Shown here one piece after another: positions 1 through 10,783 of a DNA stretch of 64,000 nucleotides; position 1 is the first letter of the stretch, and every line of letters begins with the position of its first letter. The notes under the pieces are model-generated. The model made no database searches, was not told where the DNA came from, and saw nothing but the letters and a program-made list of their open reading frames with translations. Both the position numbers and the translations under genes were made by a program. This stretch comes from Candidatus Omnitrophota bacterium (GTDB taxonomy: Bacteria > Omnitrophota > Gorgyraeia > Zapsychrales > Fredricksoniimonadaceae), in NCBI GenBank assembly GCA_028870995.1, contig JAGWOI010000010.1, positions 1,775-65,774 of the forward strand. The letters are read 5' to 3'.

Positions 1-1
1 G

Positions 2-1507
2 GGACTGGGCGGGGCGCCCCCGCAGAACATCCTAATGTTACCGGTCGTCTTTGAAGGTCAGCTTAAGGCTGTCATTGAACTGGCCAGCTTCAAGACCTTC
101 ACGACCAACTACCTGAACTTCCTGGACCAGCTGATGGATTCCGTCGGCGTCATCTTGAACATGATCTCTTCAACCATGAGGACCGAGGAGCTTTTGCAGG
201 AAGTCAAGCATTCCAACGCCGAGCTGGAAAACCAGGCCAAGGAACTGGAAGACAAGGCCAAGCTTTTGGAGCTCAAGAACAAGGAAGTGGAGATGGCTTC
301 CCTTTCCCTTGAGGAGAAAGCCGAGCAGCTGTCCTTGATCTCAAAATATAAGTCCGAGTTTTTGGCCAACATGTCCCATGAGCTGCGCACGCCCTTGAAC
401 AGCCTGCTCATCCTTTCCAAGGCGCTGTCCGAGAACAAGGAGAGGAACCTGACGCCGGAGCAGATCAAATACGCGACGACCGTGCATTCAACCGGGCAAG
501 ATCTATTGACCCTCATTAATGAGATCCTTGATCTCTCCAAGGTCGAGGCCGGCAAGATGTCCATTGAACCCCAGGAGATCCTCCTGCCGCAGATCTATGA
601 GTACCTGGAGCATAACTTCCGTCCGCTCGCAGAGCATAAGGACCTTAACTTCACCATTAATGCCAGCGAGCGCCTGCCTAAGACCATCTACACGGACAAC
701 AACCGCCTGCAGCAGATCCTGAAGAACCTGTTGTCGAACGCCATCAAATTCACGGAAAAAGGCGAGGTCAACATGAGCGTTTCCCTGGCGGAGAAGGACC
801 GGAAGTTCGGCATCGACACCTTGGACAGGAGCAGATACGTCCTGGCCTTTGCGGTCAAGGACACCGGGATCGGTATTCCCATCGATAAACAGAACATCAT
901 TTTTGAGGCCTTCCAGCAGGCGGACGGCACGACCTCCCGCAAGTACGGCGGTACCGGCCTTGGATTGACCATCAGCCGCGAAATCGCACGGCTGCTGGGA
1001 GGGATCATCAAGGTGGAGAGTGCCCCGAGCACGGGCAGTATCTTTACACTTTACCTGCCGGATAAGTATGTGGGTGCGGAAATAGGTAATCCTACTAGCA
1101 GCAGAGTTCCACTATTGCCCAAGGATGCAGATTTTAAGGGCAGGAAGGTCCTTATCATCGATGATGATATGAGGAACATCTACGCCTTGACCAGCATCTT
1201 GGAGCCATGGGGTATTATCGTGACCCACGCGGAGAACGGCAAAACGGGTATAAGGAAATTAAAAGAGAAGACCGACGCGGATATTGTTTTGATGGATATC
1301 ATGATGCCGGAAATGAACGGCATGGACGCCATCAAGATGATACGCAAGATATCCAAATTCGAGTCGCTGCCGATCATCGCCCTGACCGCCAAGGCGATGA
1401 AAGGTGACCGTGAACAGTGCCTGGCTGCCGGGGCCTCGGATTATATTACCAAACCCGTTGATACCGAGCATCTGCTGGCAGTGATGTATTCATGGCTGAA
1501 AAAGTAA
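2..1507 (+). CDS. Hybrid sensor histidine kinase, 5'-partial (GAF tail/coiled coil - HisKA - HATPase_c - C-terminal receiver)
   Basis: Frame is open from the window edge. H-box 'SHELRTPLN', N/G boxes 'NAIKFTEKG' and 'GTGLGLTISREI'. C-terminal receiver 'KVLIIDDDMRNIY...MDIMMPEMNG...ALTAKAMKGD'. Confidence 0.85.
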   Translation, partial: GLGGAPPQNILMLPVVFEGQLKAVIELASFKTFTTNYLNFLDQLMDSVGVILNMISSTMRTEELLQEVKHSNAELENQAKELEDKAKLLELKNKEVEMASLSLEEKAEQLSLISKYKSEFLANMSHELRTPLNSLLILSKALSENKERNLTPEQIKYATTVHSTGQDLLTLINEILDLSKVEAGKMSIEPQEILLPQIYEYLEHNFRPLAEHKDLNFTINASERLPKTIYTDNNRLQQILKNLLSNAIKFTEKGEVNMSVSLAEKDRKFGIDTLDRSRYVLAFAVKDTGIGIPIDKQNIIFEAFQQADGTTSRKYGGTGLGLTISREIARLLGGIIKVESAPSTGSIFTLYLPDKYVGAEIGNPTSSRVPLLPKDADFKGRKVLIIDDDMRNIYALTSILEPWGIIVTHAENGKTGIRKLKEKTDADIVLMDIMMPEMNGMDAIKMIRKISKFESLPIIALTAKAMKGDREQCLAAGASDYITKPVDTEHLLAVMYSWLKK

Positions 1508-3078
1508 CCACTCAATCTGAGAGCGATCTTGTCCGTTCGCTGCCCGCTCCCAGGGCCAATGTTCTTGTCGTGGACGACAGGCCGGACGGCTTATTGGCCC
1601 TGGAGGCGGCGCTGGGTTGCGACCGCTATCAAATTTTTAAAGCCGGCAGCGGCCAGGAAGCTTTGCAGCAGACCCTGTTCAATGATTTTGCCGTGATCCT
1701 GCTTGATGTGCAGATGCCGGAGATGGACGGTTTTGAATGTGCCAGACGGATCAGGGAAAACTTCCGCTCCCAGGCAACGCCCATTATTTTTGTGACGGCG
1801 ATCAACAAAGAAATCCGCCACATCAATCAAGGCTATGAGAGCGGAGCCGTGGATTATATTTTCAAGCCTTTTGATCCCTTTGTCCTCAAATCCAAGGTCA
1901 ATGTCTTTGTCGAACTCTTTGAGAAGAACCAGAAGATCAAGCAGCAGGCGGTGCTCTTACGGCAGATCGAATTGCAGGAAAAAGAACGGCAGCTTTCTGA
2001 AGTTAAGCAGGAAGGGTGGCGGCTTTGGTCGCACCTGGCCGATGCCGTCCCGCACAGCATCGTGAAGATAAGCCCTGCGGGGCAGGTGCAGTATTTTAAT
2101 CAACGTTGGCTTGATTACACCGGCTTTGTGTCGGACATCGATTGGGAATCCATCATCCATCCCAAGGACCATAGGAAATTCTTGGCGTTATGGCTGCGCA
2201 TGCGGCACCGTAGTCCCCAGACCTATGAGAAGGAAATGCGTTTGCGTGACATGAAGGACGGCCTTTATCGGTGGCATCTGGTCAGGGTGATCCCCGATGT
2301 CAAGGAGGGGGACGCCGGCACCTGGATCGTCAGCTGTACGGACATCGACCAGATTAAAACGACGGAGCAATCCTTTAAGGCTCTCACCAAGGAGCTTCAC
2401 CGGTCCAACAAGGAACTGGAAGAATACGCTTATGTCGCCTCGCATGACTTGAAAGAGCCATTGCACGTGGTGTCCTCGTTCGTGGACCTTTTGGAAAAAC
2501 GTCTTCAACGGAAGCTGGATGACCGGGAAGTGCGCTATTTAAAATTTATTAAAGAAGGGGTGGGGCAGGCCCAGAAGCTTATCAAGGACCTGCTGGAATA
2601 CAGTCGAATCGGCAGGGAAAAGTCTTCGGAATTGGTGGACATATCCCTGGTGCTGACGGAGGTCTTGGTCAACATCAAGCCCATCATCGACGAGGCACAG
2701 GGAAGCGTGAAGCAGGGAGCGATGCCGAAAATAAGGACCAATTACCTGGAAATGATCCAGTTGTTCCAGAATTTGATCGTCAATGCCATTAAATACCGCA
2801 GCCCTCAGCGGCGCTTGGAAATCGATATCAATGCCAAATTCGAGGGGCAGACTTGGGCTTTCAGCGTCAAAGACAACGGAATTGGCATCGAATCCCAGTA
2901 CAAGGAACGCATTTTTGACATGTTCCAAAGGCTTCATGCGAAAACTGAGTATTCCGGCACAGGCATAGGGTTGGCCATCTGCAAAAAGATCGTGGAAAAC
3001 CACGGCGGGCAGATCTGGGTTGAATCAACGCCGGACCAAGAGACCACCTTTTTCTTTACCATCAAGCAGCGTTTATGA
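1492..3078 (+). CDS. Response-regulator receiver - PAS - histidine kinase (RR-HK fusion)
   Basis: N-terminal receiver 'VLVVDDRPDGL...LLDVQMPEMDG'. PAS segment, H-box 'ASHDLKEPLH', HATPase 'DNGIGIESQY...GTGIGLAICKKIVENHGG'. Overlaps the upstream HK by 16 nt. Confidence 0.85.
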   Translation: MAEKVTTQSESDLVRSLPAPRANVLVVDDRPDGLLALEAALGCDRYQIFKAGSGQEALQQTLFNDFAVILLDVQMPEMDGFECARRIRENFRSQATPIIFVTAINKEIRHINQGYESGAVDYIFKPFDPFVLKSKVNVFVELFEKNQKIKQQAVLLRQIELQEKERQLSEVKQEGWRLWSHLADAVPHSIVKISPAGQVQYFNQRWLDYTGFVSDIDWESIIHPKDHRKFLALWLRMRHRSPQTYEKEMRLRDMKDGLYRWHLVRVIPDVKEGDAGTWIVSCTDIDQIKTTEQSFKALTKELHRSNKELEEYAYVASHDLKEPLHVVSSFVDLLEKRLQRKLDDREVRYLKFIKEGVGQAQKLIKDLLEYSRIGREKSSELVDISLVLTEVLVNIKPIIDEAQGSVKQGAMPKIRTNYLEMIQLFQNLIVNAIKYRSPQRRLEIDINAKFEGQTWAFSVKDNGIGIESQYKERIFDMFQRLHAKTEYSGTGIGLAICKKIVENHGGQIWVESTPDQETTFFFTIKQRL

Positions 3079-3494
3079 ACTTATTGATCGCCGAAGACAA
3101 CGAACCGGAGCAGGTCATCATTAAGGAAGCCTTTCAAGAGGCGGGTGTTGAACATGACCTTTATTTCGTCAGGGACGGCATCGAAGCCCTTGAATTCCTC
3201 AAATCGCAAGATGCTTCCCATCCGCTGCCGGCGATCGACCTGGTCCTGCTGGATTTGAACATGCCGCGCAAGAACGGGTTGGAGGTCTTGTCCGAGATTA
3301 AGCGTAATTCCAAGTGGGCCCATGTCCCGGTCCTGGTCTTATCAAATTCAGAATTTCCCAAGGACATCCGCCGCTGCTATGATATGGGAGCCAACGCCTA
3401 CATCAACAAGCCTGTGGATTTTGAGGATTTTGTCGGGCTGGCCCGCGCCATCAACCTGTTCTGGCTGAAATTGGTCCGGCCTTGCCCTAATTGA
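3075..3494 (+). CDS. Single-domain response regulator (CheY-like receiver)
   Basis: 'LLIAEDNEPEQ...LVLLDLNMPRKNG...VLSNS...K' receiver signature. ATGA overlap with the upstream gene. Confidence 0.8.
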   Translation: MNLLIAEDNEPEQVIIKEAFQEAGVEHDLYFVRDGIEALEFLKSQDASHPLPAIDLVLLDLNMPRKNGLEVLSEIKRNSKWAHVPVLVLSNSEFPKDIRRCYDMGANAYINKPVDFEDFVGLARAINLFWLKLVRPCPN

Positions 3495-3504
3495 GGATAA
3501 ACCT

Positions 3505-3951
3505 ATGGAAAAGAAAAAGATCCTGGTGGTCGATGATGAACCGTTGATACCGATATTGATGAAGGAAATTATCGAGGAGAACGGCGACCTTGAAATCGCC
3601 GGGATCGCCACCGGGAAAGAGGAATTTTGGGAAGCCGTCGGTCACGGTTCTTTCGATGCAGCGTTGATCGATATTTCCGTGGAAGGCAGGGAGGGCGGCC
3701 TTGAACTGCTGGGTTTGATGAAGGCCAAGGGCATTGAGCTTCCTTCGGTCATGCTGTCCGCTTACGATGAGCTCCAATATGCATTCAAAGCCTTAAAAGC
3801 CGGGGCCAGAGGGTATCTCAACAAGAAATACATCTGTTCGGACGTGGTGCGCTGCCTGTACCAGGTGCTGGACGGGCATTTATTCGTATCAGGCGACAGG
3901 GGGGAGAAGATCATCAGGGAATACGAGCAATCATACGCCTCCCCTATGTAA
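3505..3951 (+). CDS. Response regulator receiver domain protein
   Basis: 'ILVVDDEPLIPILMKEI' acidic pocket; the ~148 aa receiver fold ends in a short C-terminal tail. Confidence 0.7.
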   Translation: MEKKKILVVDDEPLIPILMKEIIEENGDLEIAGIATGKEEFWEAVGHGSFDAALIDISVEGREGGLELLGLMKAKGIELPSVMLSAYDELQYAFKALKAGARGYLNKKYICSDVVRCLYQVLDGHLFVSGDRGEKIIREYEQSYASPM

Positions 3952-4094
3952 TAAATTTCACTCCCCGCCATTCATATATCATTTATCAAATAAATTTCCA
4001 AAGGATCAGTATTATGGACGAGTTAAGGAGTGTTTGTTTTCTGTTCTTGTGTCTTTTGAAGCTGTAATTATAATAGAAAAGATACCAAGGGGCT

Positions 4095-4853
4095 TTGAAA
4101 GATAATATGGCTTATCAAATTCTAGTTGTAGATGATGACGCGGAATTTCGCGAAGAGCTGCGTATCTGCCTGGACGATTATCAGGTCATCGAAGCGCCTA
4201 ACGGCGCCGATGCCATGGCCATCTTGAAGAAACCCAATGCCGTCGACCTGGTGATCCTGGATGCGGTCATGCCGATGATATCGGGAATGGAGGTGTTGCG
4301 CCAGATCAAGAAGCTCAAGCCAGCCCTGGCCATCATTATCCTTACCGGCAAAAGCAGCAAGGACATAGCCATCGATGCCCTCAGGGGACGGGCCGACGAT
4401 TATATTGAAAAACCCATTAATATCCCAAAATTTTTGGAGATCGTTCGGTCCACGCTGGCGGCCAAGGCGCAAAAGGAATTCACCCGCGGTAACGGCATTC
4501 ACGCCAAGGTGGAACAGGCCAAGCAGTTTATCGAGCGCAATTTCGACAAAAAGATCATGCTGGAGGATGTGGCGGCACAAATTTGTTTGAGCCCCAAATA
4601 TTTCAGCCGGGTCTTTAAGGAAGTCTGCGGACAAAGTTTCAATGAATACCGCCTTTCAGTCAAAATCAACCGGGCCAGCGAATTGTTGAAGAAATCAGAT
4701 TATACGGTGACGGAAATCGCTAACCAATTGGGATACGAGAATTTGGAATCGTTCATCCGCATGTTCGAGAAAATAACCACCTTGAGCCCCTCTCAATACA
4801 GACAGAAAAATCGCAAAGGCGCCTTGAAGGCCGCTAAGAAACAATTAGTTTGA
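4095..4853 (+). CDS. Response regulator with C-terminal AraC-type HTH DNA-binding domain
   Basis: Receiver '[14 protein letters not shown]...[10 protein letters not shown]'. AraC HTH '[62 protein letters not shown]'. Confidence 0.8.
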   Translation: MKDNMAYQILVVDDDAEFREELRICLDDYQVIEAPNGADAMAILKKPNAVDLVILDAVMPMISGMEVLRQIKKLKPALAIIILTGKSSKDIAIDALRGRADDYIEKPINIPKFLEIVRSTLAAKAQKEFTRGNGIHAKVEQAKQFIERNFDKKIMLEDVAAQICLSPKYFSRVFKEVCGQSFNEYRLSVKINRASELLKKSDYTVTEIANQLGYENLESFIRMFEKITTLSPSQYRQKNRKGALKAAKKQLV

Positions 4854-4877
4854 CAAACCCGTGAAAGAGAGTATACT
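4850..4877 (+). promoter_or_regulatory. Sigma70-like promoter for cspA (TTGACA-16-TATACT)
   Basis: TTGACA at 4850-4855, a 16-nt spacer, TATACT at 4872-4877. It sits ~45 nt upstream of the cspA ATG, which is preceded by an AAGGAGG RBS. Confidence 0.55.
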
Positions 4878-4920
4878 AACCGAGTTTTTAAATTCTATCA
4901 GAAGGAGGTTTCAAAGATTT

Positions 4921-5121
4921 ATGGTTAAAGGTAAAGTAAAATGGTTTAATGACCAAAAAGGTTTTGGCTTTATCACCCCTGAAAACGGTAAAGATGTATT
5001 TGTGCACCACACTGCCATCCAAGGCGATGGTTACAGATCATTAGCCGAAGGACAGGACGTTGAGTTTGAGATCGTCACCGGCCCTAAGGGTGAACAAGCC
5101 CAAAACGTAGTGAAAATATAA
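4921..5121 (+). CDS. cspA: Cold-shock protein, CspA family (S1-like cold-shock domain)
   Basis: '[34 protein letters not shown]' with the RNP1 (KGFGFI) and RNP2 (VFVHH) motifs. RBS AAGGAGG upstream of the ATG at 4921. The longer ORF-track start at 4861 is probably not used. Confidence 0.9.
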   Translation: MVKGKVKWFNDQKGFGFITPENGKDVFVHHTAIQGDGYRSLAEGQDVEFEIVTGPKGEQAQNVVKI

Positions 5122-5146
5122 GAATTAAGTTTCTTGTATTGCCAAC

Positions 5147-5184
5147 CCTCTGCGGCCTGTCCGAGGCTGCAGGGGGTTTTTTTA
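5147..5184 (+). terminator. Rho-independent terminator after cspA
   Basis: 12-bp stem CCCTCTGCGGCC / GGCTGCAGGGGG (two G-U wobbles), a 7-nt loop, then T7. Confidence 0.7.
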
Positions 5185-5193
5185 TCGACGAAC

Positions 5194-5820
5194 ATGAACA
5201 GTCATTTGAACTGGCGTTATGCCACCAAAAAATTTGATCCTTCCCGGAGAATACCTAAACAGGATCTGGACCAACTGCTGGAAGTGTTGCGGATTTCGCC
5301 CTCTTCCTTTGGCTTGCAGCCCTGGAAATTCGTGGTCGTACAAGACCGGGGGTTAAGGGAAAAGTTGCGGTCCCATGCCTGGAACCAATCCCAGATCACG
5401 GATGCGGACACGTTGATCGTTTTTTGTGCCCTGAAAACCATGGATGAAGGACACATCAGGAATTATGTAGATGTGATTTCCAAGGTGCGGGGCGTGCCCA
5501 AGGAGTCCCTGCTTAACTATGAGCAGGTGATGATCGGCGCCCTGGCCGGCAAGAGCCCTGAGGCCGCAGCCCATTGGATGGGAAACCAGGTTTACCTTGC
5601 GCTCGGGGTTTTTCTGGCGGAATGCGCCCGCCGTAAAATCGATGCCTGCCCCATGGAAGGTTTCGACGTGCAGCAATTTGATGAGATCCTGGAACTGCCG
5701 CAGCAGGGCTTACAGTCCGTGGTGCTTTGTGCCGTGGGATACAGGGCCATGGATGACCACCATGCCGTCCTCAAGAAAGTCCGATTTGAAAGAAATCAAG
5801 TGTTTATAGACAAGTTGTAA
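5194..5820 (+). CDS. Nitroreductase family protein (NAD(P)H-dependent, NfsB/FRase-like)
   Basis: 'MNSHLNWRYATKKFDP...LLEVLRISPSSFGLQPWKFVVV' is the typical nitroreductase N-terminus. The track start at 5134 runs through the terminator, so the start was moved to the ATG at 5194. Confidence 0.8.
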   Translation: MNSHLNWRYATKKFDPSRRIPKQDLDQLLEVLRISPSSFGLQPWKFVVVQDRGLREKLRSHAWNQSQITDADTLIVFCALKTMDEGHIRNYVDVISKVRGVPKESLLNYEQVMIGALAGKSPEAAAHWMGNQVYLALGVFLAECARRKIDACPMEGFDVQQFDEILELPQQGLQSVVLCAVGYRAMDDHHAVLKKVRFERNQVFIDKL

Positions 5821-5860
5821 TGGTGTAGAATACCCCCGTTGCTATTCCGAGAGGTAGTCT

Positions 5861-7399
5861 ATGGATCATTATGATTTTATCATTATAGGTACCGGGGCCG
5901 GCGGAGGCACCTTAGCCCATCAGCTTGCCCCCACAGGCAGGCGCATCCTCATTCTTGAACGCGGGGACTTCCTTCTCCAGGAAAAAGACAACTGGAATTC
6001 CCGTGCGGTTTTTCAGCAAGCCGAATATACCGCCCATGAATCCTGGAAGGACAAGGATGGCCGCTATTTCCATCCCGGGATTCATTATTATGTGGGAGGC
6101 AATACGAAATTTTACGGGGCCGCCTTGCTGCGCATGCGTCCAGCGGATTTCGGCGAGGTGCGCCATCATGGGGGTATGTCGCCGGCCTGGCCCCTGAGCT
6201 ATGAAGAAATGGAGCCGTATTATGTCAGGGCCGAACATCTTTATGAGGTGCACGGGAAACACGGCGAAGATCCCACGGAAGGCCCCGCGAGCGTTGATTA
6301 TGCCTTCGAGCCGGTCAGCCATGAACCCCGGATCCAGCAGCTGTCGGATGACTTAGAAAGGTTGGGTCACCGGCCGTTTCATCTTCCCCTGGGTATACGC
6401 CTGTTGGAGAAAAACCGTCCCATGAGCCGCTGCATCCGCTGCTCGACCTGTGACGGTTTTCCTTGCCTGGTGCATGCCAAATCCGATGCGGAGATGATCG
6501 GTGTGCGGCCGGCGTTGGCCTATCCTAACGTTACTCTTTTGACCCAGGCCCGCGTTACCCGCCTGGAAACCGATGCTTCCGGCAGGACGGTCAGGACCGT
6601 GCATGTTGAACGCAAGGGCGCCCAAGAGCAATATAGCGCCAACATTGTGGTGGCGGCTTGCGGGGCCATTAATTCAGCGGCCCTTTTATTGCGTTCGGCC
6701 AATGATAAGCACCCCAACGGCCTGGCCAACAGTTCGGATATGGTCGGCCGCCATTACATGTGCCACAATAATTCCGCTTTTATGGCCATCTCGAAAAACC
6801 CCAACCCAACCGTTTTTCAAAAAACACTGGCCCTCAATGATTTTTATTTTGCCGGGAAGGAATGGGAGTATCCCATGGGCCATATTCAGATGCTGGGCAA
6901 GACCGATGGTTGGATTTTAAAAGGCAATGCCCCGGCGTTCGTTCCTAAATTTATCCTGGATAAGGTTGCTTATCATGCCCTCGATTTCTGGCTGACTTCG
7001 GAAGATTTGCCCCATCCCGATAACCGTGTGCTTCTTGATAAGCAAGGCAACATATCCCTCCATTACACGGTCAATAACAGGGAGGGTCATCGCCGACTGA
7101 CCGCAAAATTGAAAAGCATCCTGGACAAGGTCAATTGCCACCCGCTCCTCTTAAGACGCCAAGTGTACTTAAACCAATATATTCCCATCGGTGGCACGGC
7201 CCATCAGGTGGGCACGGTGCGCTTCGGCAGGGACCCCAAGACATCGGTGCTGGATATCAATTGTAAGGCCCATGACCTGGACAATCTTTATGTGGTGGAC
7301 GGCAGTTTTTTTGTCTCCAGTTCTGCGGTCAATCCGGGATTGACCATCATGGCGAATGCCTTGAGGGTGGCGGACCATTTAAAAAGGTTATCAAAATAA
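5861..7399 (+). CDS. GMC-family FAD-dependent oxidoreductase
   Basis: N-terminal FAD motif 'DFIIIGTGAGGGTLAHQLA'. C-terminal GMC_oxred_C-like 'GTARMG..DLDNLYVVDGSFFVSS'. Confidence 0.8.
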   Translation: MDHYDFIIIGTGAGGGTLAHQLAPTGRRILILERGDFLLQEKDNWNSRAVFQQAEYTAHESWKDKDGRYFHPGIHYYVGGNTKFYGAALLRMRPADFGEVRHHGGMSPAWPLSYEEMEPYYVRAEHLYEVHGKHGEDPTEGPASVDYAFEPVSHEPRIQQLSDDLERLGHRPFHLPLGIRLLEKNRPMSRCIRCSTCDGFPCLVHAKSDAEMIGVRPALAYPNVTLLTQARVTRLETDASGRTVRTVHVERKGAQEQYSANIVVAACGAINSAALLLRSANDKHPNGLANSSDMVGRHYMCHNNSAFMAISKNPNPTVFQKTLALNDFYFAGKEWEYPMGHIQMLGKTDGWILKGNAPAFVPKFILDKVAYHALDFWLTSEDLPHPDNRVLLDKQGNISLHYTVNNREGHRRLTAKLKSILDKVNCHPLLLRRQVYLNQYIPIGGTAHQVGTVRFGRDPKTSVLDINCKAHDLDNLYVVDGSFFVSSSAVNPGLTIMANALRVADHLKRLSK

Positions 7400-7412
7400 G
7401 GAAGGGGGGCTT

Positions 7413-8105
7413 ATGCTGTCAAAGGTTTTGAAAGTAGTTTTTGCCGCGGTCCTGCTTTATTTGGTCATTGAATTTGTTGCTGTCCCCTTGATCCGCGAGC
7501 ACGCTGGCCAGGCCGTGAAAACATCTCCTGCCCAGGCCCAACCATTGCCTGATCCGCTCCCGGATATGGGAGCTTCGGGCATCTTGAATTTTATGCCGGG
7601 TCAGGCGGCCCTAACGGTCAGTGAACAACAAAAGCTTTTCACCCTGATGGGCGATCTTCAGGGGCATCCCAGCCTGGTCTTGAAAATAGCCGGAAGCTAT
7701 GATCCGCAATTGGACAAGGGGGCGCTGCTGGAGGAGATGTTCGACAGGCGGTTTGAAAATTTGAATCAAAAGTCAAGCCCGGAGAAGACCTATCAATGGA
7801 TGTACCGCAGGCGTTTCGGACTGCGTGCATTATGGGCCTTGTCCAAAAAGTATAAAAAAGGGTGGGGCCGCTATGATTACGCTAAGCTGAATGCCGAGAT
7901 CAAGCGCCGGCTGGTGGCGGACATGTCATTGGACCAGGGGGTTCTGAAGACGTTGGCCAGGGCCAGGGCGCAATTGATCTATAAATTTTTGGCCGTCAAC
8001 GGTTTCGATGCCAGGCATATGGAATTAGGTGAGCCCCGGTCGATCCAGGCCAGCGCGGGGCAGGTACCGTTACCTTTAACCTTGATCGTTTTTGACCGGC
8101 AATAA
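7413..8105 (+). CDS. Hypothetical membrane-anchored protein
   Basis: N-terminal TM 'VVFAAVLLYLVIEFVAVPLI'. No recognisable family. Confidence 0.4.
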   Translation: MLSKVLKVVFAAVLLYLVIEFVAVPLIREHAGQAVKTSPAQAQPLPDPLPDMGASGILNFMPGQAALTVSEQQKLFTLMGDLQGHPSLVLKIAGSYDPQLDKGALLEEMFDRRFENLNQKSSPEKTYQWMYRRRFGLRALWALSKKYKKGWGRYDYAKLNAEIKRRLVADMSLDQGVLKTLARARAQLIYKFLAVNGFDARHMELGEPRSIQASAGQVPLPLTLIVFDRQ

Positions 8106-8106
8106 A

Positions 8107-10755
8107 ATGTCTAAAACCGCAGAAGAACAACGCCTGCAGGATGACCGCTTGCAAAAAACGATTTGGTATCATTGGGGGCCGTATTTAGCCGCCCGCCAAT
8201 GGGGTAACGTGCGCGAGGATTATAGCGCCGACGGCGATGCCTGGGATTATTTCACCTTTGACCAGGCCCGCATGCGCGCCTTCCGCTGGGGCGAAGACGG
8301 CATTGCCGGCATTTGCGATTATCATCAATGGCTGTGCCTGGCGCCGGTGTTTTGGAACGGGGCCGATCCCTTTTTAAAGGAACGCTTGTATGGCCTCAGC
8401 GGCAAGGAGGGCAATCACGGCGAAGATGTGAAGGAGTATTATTTCTATCTCGATAATACGCCCACCCACGCGTACATGAAGCACCTTTATAAGTACCCCC
8501 AAAAAGCCTTTCCTTACCAAAAACTCCGGGATGAGAATTCAAAGCGCACCCGCCAGATGCCGGAATACGAATTATTGGATACCGGTATTTTCGATGACAA
8601 CAGTTATTTTGAGATCGTCACGGAATACGCGAAAAATGCGCCCGAAGACATTCTCATGCGCATCAGCGTCACCAACCGCGGCCCCAAGGAGGCTGTTCTC
8701 CACCTGTTGCCGACGCTGTGGTTCCGCAATGTTTGGAGTTGGGCCAATGCACCCAGGCCTTCCTTAAAAGTTTCCGCCAAAGATAAAAATGTCATCGAGG
8801 CCGCGCATCAGCAGTTGGGCCGCTATTTTCTTTATTGCCAGCAGGGGGCAGAGCTGCTTTTTTGTGACAATGATACGGATACGCAGAAGATCTTCGGCGT
8901 GCCGAACGCCGGCCCCTATGTCAAAGACGGGATTAATGAGTACGTCGTGGCTGGTCGGAAAGAGGCCGTCAATCCGGCGCAAACCGGCACCAAGATGGCA
9001 GCCTCTTATGTGCTGAATATACCGGCCGGTGCCACCCAGACCATCCGGCTGCGGCTGGCCAACGCGGATGATATCAAGGATGCCTTGGGCAGGGGTTTCG
9101 AGGCTGTTTTCGACCTGCGGCAAAAAGAGGCGGATGAATTCTACAGCCAGGGCTGTCCTTTCCAGCTGGCGGGGCCGTTACGCCAAATCCAACGCAGCGC
9201 TTTTGCCTCGCTTTTATGGAACAAGCAGTTCTATCATTATGTCGTCGAAGAGTGGCTTGACGGGGACCCGGCCCAGCCGGTCCCTCCGTCCAACCGCAAG
9301 AGCGGCCGCAACAGCGGCTGGGAGCATCTTTACAGTGAAGATGTGATCGCCATGCCCGATAAATGGGAATATCCCTGGTTTGCCGCCTGGGACCTGGCCT
9401 TCCATACCATCCCTTTAAGCATGATCGACCCGGAATTCGCCAAACGCCAGCTGCTTAAGCTCACCCGCGAGTGGTACATGCATCCCAACGGCCAGATACC
9501 AGCGTATGAATGGAATTTCAGCGACGTCAACCCGCCGGTGCAGGCCTGGGCGGCCCTGCGCGTTTACCGCATCACCAAACGCATGCATGGCATCGACGAT
9601 AAATTATTCCTTGAGCGGGTGTTTCAAAAATTACTCATGAATTTCACCTGGTGGATCAACCGCGAAGACGCCGAGGGTAATAATGTGTTTCAGGGAGGGT
9701 TTTTAGGGTTTGACAATATCGGCGTGTTTAACCGCAGTCAACTCCCTACCGGTGGGCACATGGACCAGGCCGACGGCACGGCCTGGATGGCCATGTACTG
9801 TTTGAATATGCTGGCCATTGCTTTGGAATTGGCGCCGCAGGACCCTTCCTACGAAGATATTGCCAGCAAATTTTATGTCCATTTTTTGCATATCGCCGAC
9901 GCCATGAACCGCATCGGCCCCAACCAGATCAATATGTGGGACCAGGCCGACGGATTCTATTATGATGTCCTGCGGCTGCCCGACGGCCGGCATTCATCCC
10001 TGAAAGTGCGGTCCATGGTGGGCATACTGCCTTTGTTTGCCGTGGAGACGATCGATCCCAAGGTCTGGGAGGTGCTGCCGGAGTTTAAGAAAAGGGTGGA
10101 ATGGTTCATGAAATACCGGACGGACCTGACAGGCAACGTCACTTGCATGGAAACGGCAGGCCAGCAGGGCCTCAGGCTGTTGTCCATCGTCGACCGCGAT
10201 AAGCTCAAGCGCATTTTGCAGCGGGTCCTGGATGAGAAGGAATTTTTAAGCCCCTGCGGAGTGCGTTCGCTTTCCAAGACCTATGACGGCCAACCGTATG
10301 TTTTTTCTTTGGACGGGCACAGCTTCAGCGTCGATTATGAACCGGCCGAGGCCACTGTGGGCCTGTTTGGGGGCAACTCCAACTGGCGGGGACCGGTATG
10401 GTTTCCGGTCAATTATCTGCTGATTGAATCTTTGCAGAAGTTCCATTATTATTTCGGCAATGATTTTCAAGTCGAGTTTCCGGTCGGATCCGGAAAGTTT
10501 TTGAACCTCTGGGAAATTGCCTCGGAGCTTTCGCGGCGCTTGGTAAACATTTTTGTGCCCGACACGCAAGGCCGCCGGCCGGTATATGCCGGCAATCCAA
10601 AATTCCAGAACGACCCTTATTGGAAAGATCTTCTTTTATTTTTCGAATATTTCAACGGCGACACAGGGCAGGGCTTGGGGGCCTCGCATCAGGCCGGATG
10701 GACCGCACTGGTGGCCAAGCTTATCCAGCAGCAGGCGGAATACAAAGGTTTTTAA
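8107..10755 (+). CDS. Glycoside hydrolase, GH63-like (alpha/alpha)6 six-hairpin glucosidase (MOGS/YgjK-like)
   Basis: '[13 protein letters not shown]' resembles the GH63 'FPRGFLWDEGFH' box. '[14 protein letters not shown]...[16 protein letters not shown]' is a typical catalytic-domain region. ~880 aa. Start chosen at the ATG at 8107 (the track uses a TTG at 8092). Confidence 0.55.
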   Translation: MSKTAEEQRLQDDRLQKTIWYHWGPYLAARQWGNVREDYSADGDAWDYFTFDQARMRAFRWGEDGIAGICDYHQWLCLAPVFWNGADPFLKERLYGLSGKEGNHGEDVKEYYFYLDNTPTHAYMKHLYKYPQKAFPYQKLRDENSKRTRQMPEYELLDTGIFDDNSYFEIVTEYAKNAPEDILMRISVTNRGPKEAVLHLLPTLWFRNVWSWANAPRPSLKVSAKDKNVIEAAHQQLGRYFLYCQQGAELLFCDNDTDTQKIFGVPNAGPYVKDGINEYVVAGRKEAVNPAQTGTKMAASYVLNIPAGATQTIRLRLANADDIKDALGRGFEAVFDLRQKEADEFYSQGCPFQLAGPLRQIQRSAFASLLWNKQFYHYVVEEWLDGDPAQPVPPSNRKSGRNSGWEHLYSEDVIAMPDKWEYPWFAAWDLAFHTIPLSMIDPEFAKRQLLKLTREWYMHPNGQIPAYEWNFSDVNPPVQAWAALRVYRITKRMHGIDDKLFLERVFQKLLMNFTWWINREDAEGNNVFQGGFLGFDNIGVFNRSQLPTGGHMDQADGTAWMAMYCLNMLAIALELAPQDPSYEDIASKFYVHFLHIADAMNRIGPNQINMWDQADGFYYDVLRLPDGRHSSLKVRSMVGILPLFAVETIDPKVWEVLPEFKKRVEWFMKYRTDLTGNVTCMETAGQQGLRLLSIVDRDKLKRILQRVLDEKEFLSPCGVRSLSKTYDGQPYVFSLDGHSFSVDYEPAEATVGLFGGNSNWRGPVWFPVNYLLIESLQKFHYYFGNDFQVEFPVGSGKFLNLWEIASELSRRLVNIFVPDTQGRRPVYAGNPKFQNDPYWKDLLLFFEYFNGDTGQGLGASHQAGWTALVAKLIQQQAEYKGF

Positions 10756-10783
10756 CGGTAATTCTTAACGGAGGTAATCTTTT

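Noticed and set aside
4861-4920. N-terminal 20-codon extension of cspA in the ORF track
   Set aside because: An AAGGAGG RBS sits immediately upstream of the internal ATG at 4921, and Csp proteins are ~67 aa. The extension would also read through the promoter.
5134-5193. N-terminal extension of the nitroreductase ORF
   Set aside because: It spans the cspA terminator hairpin. The canonical nitroreductase N-terminus begins at the Met at 5194.
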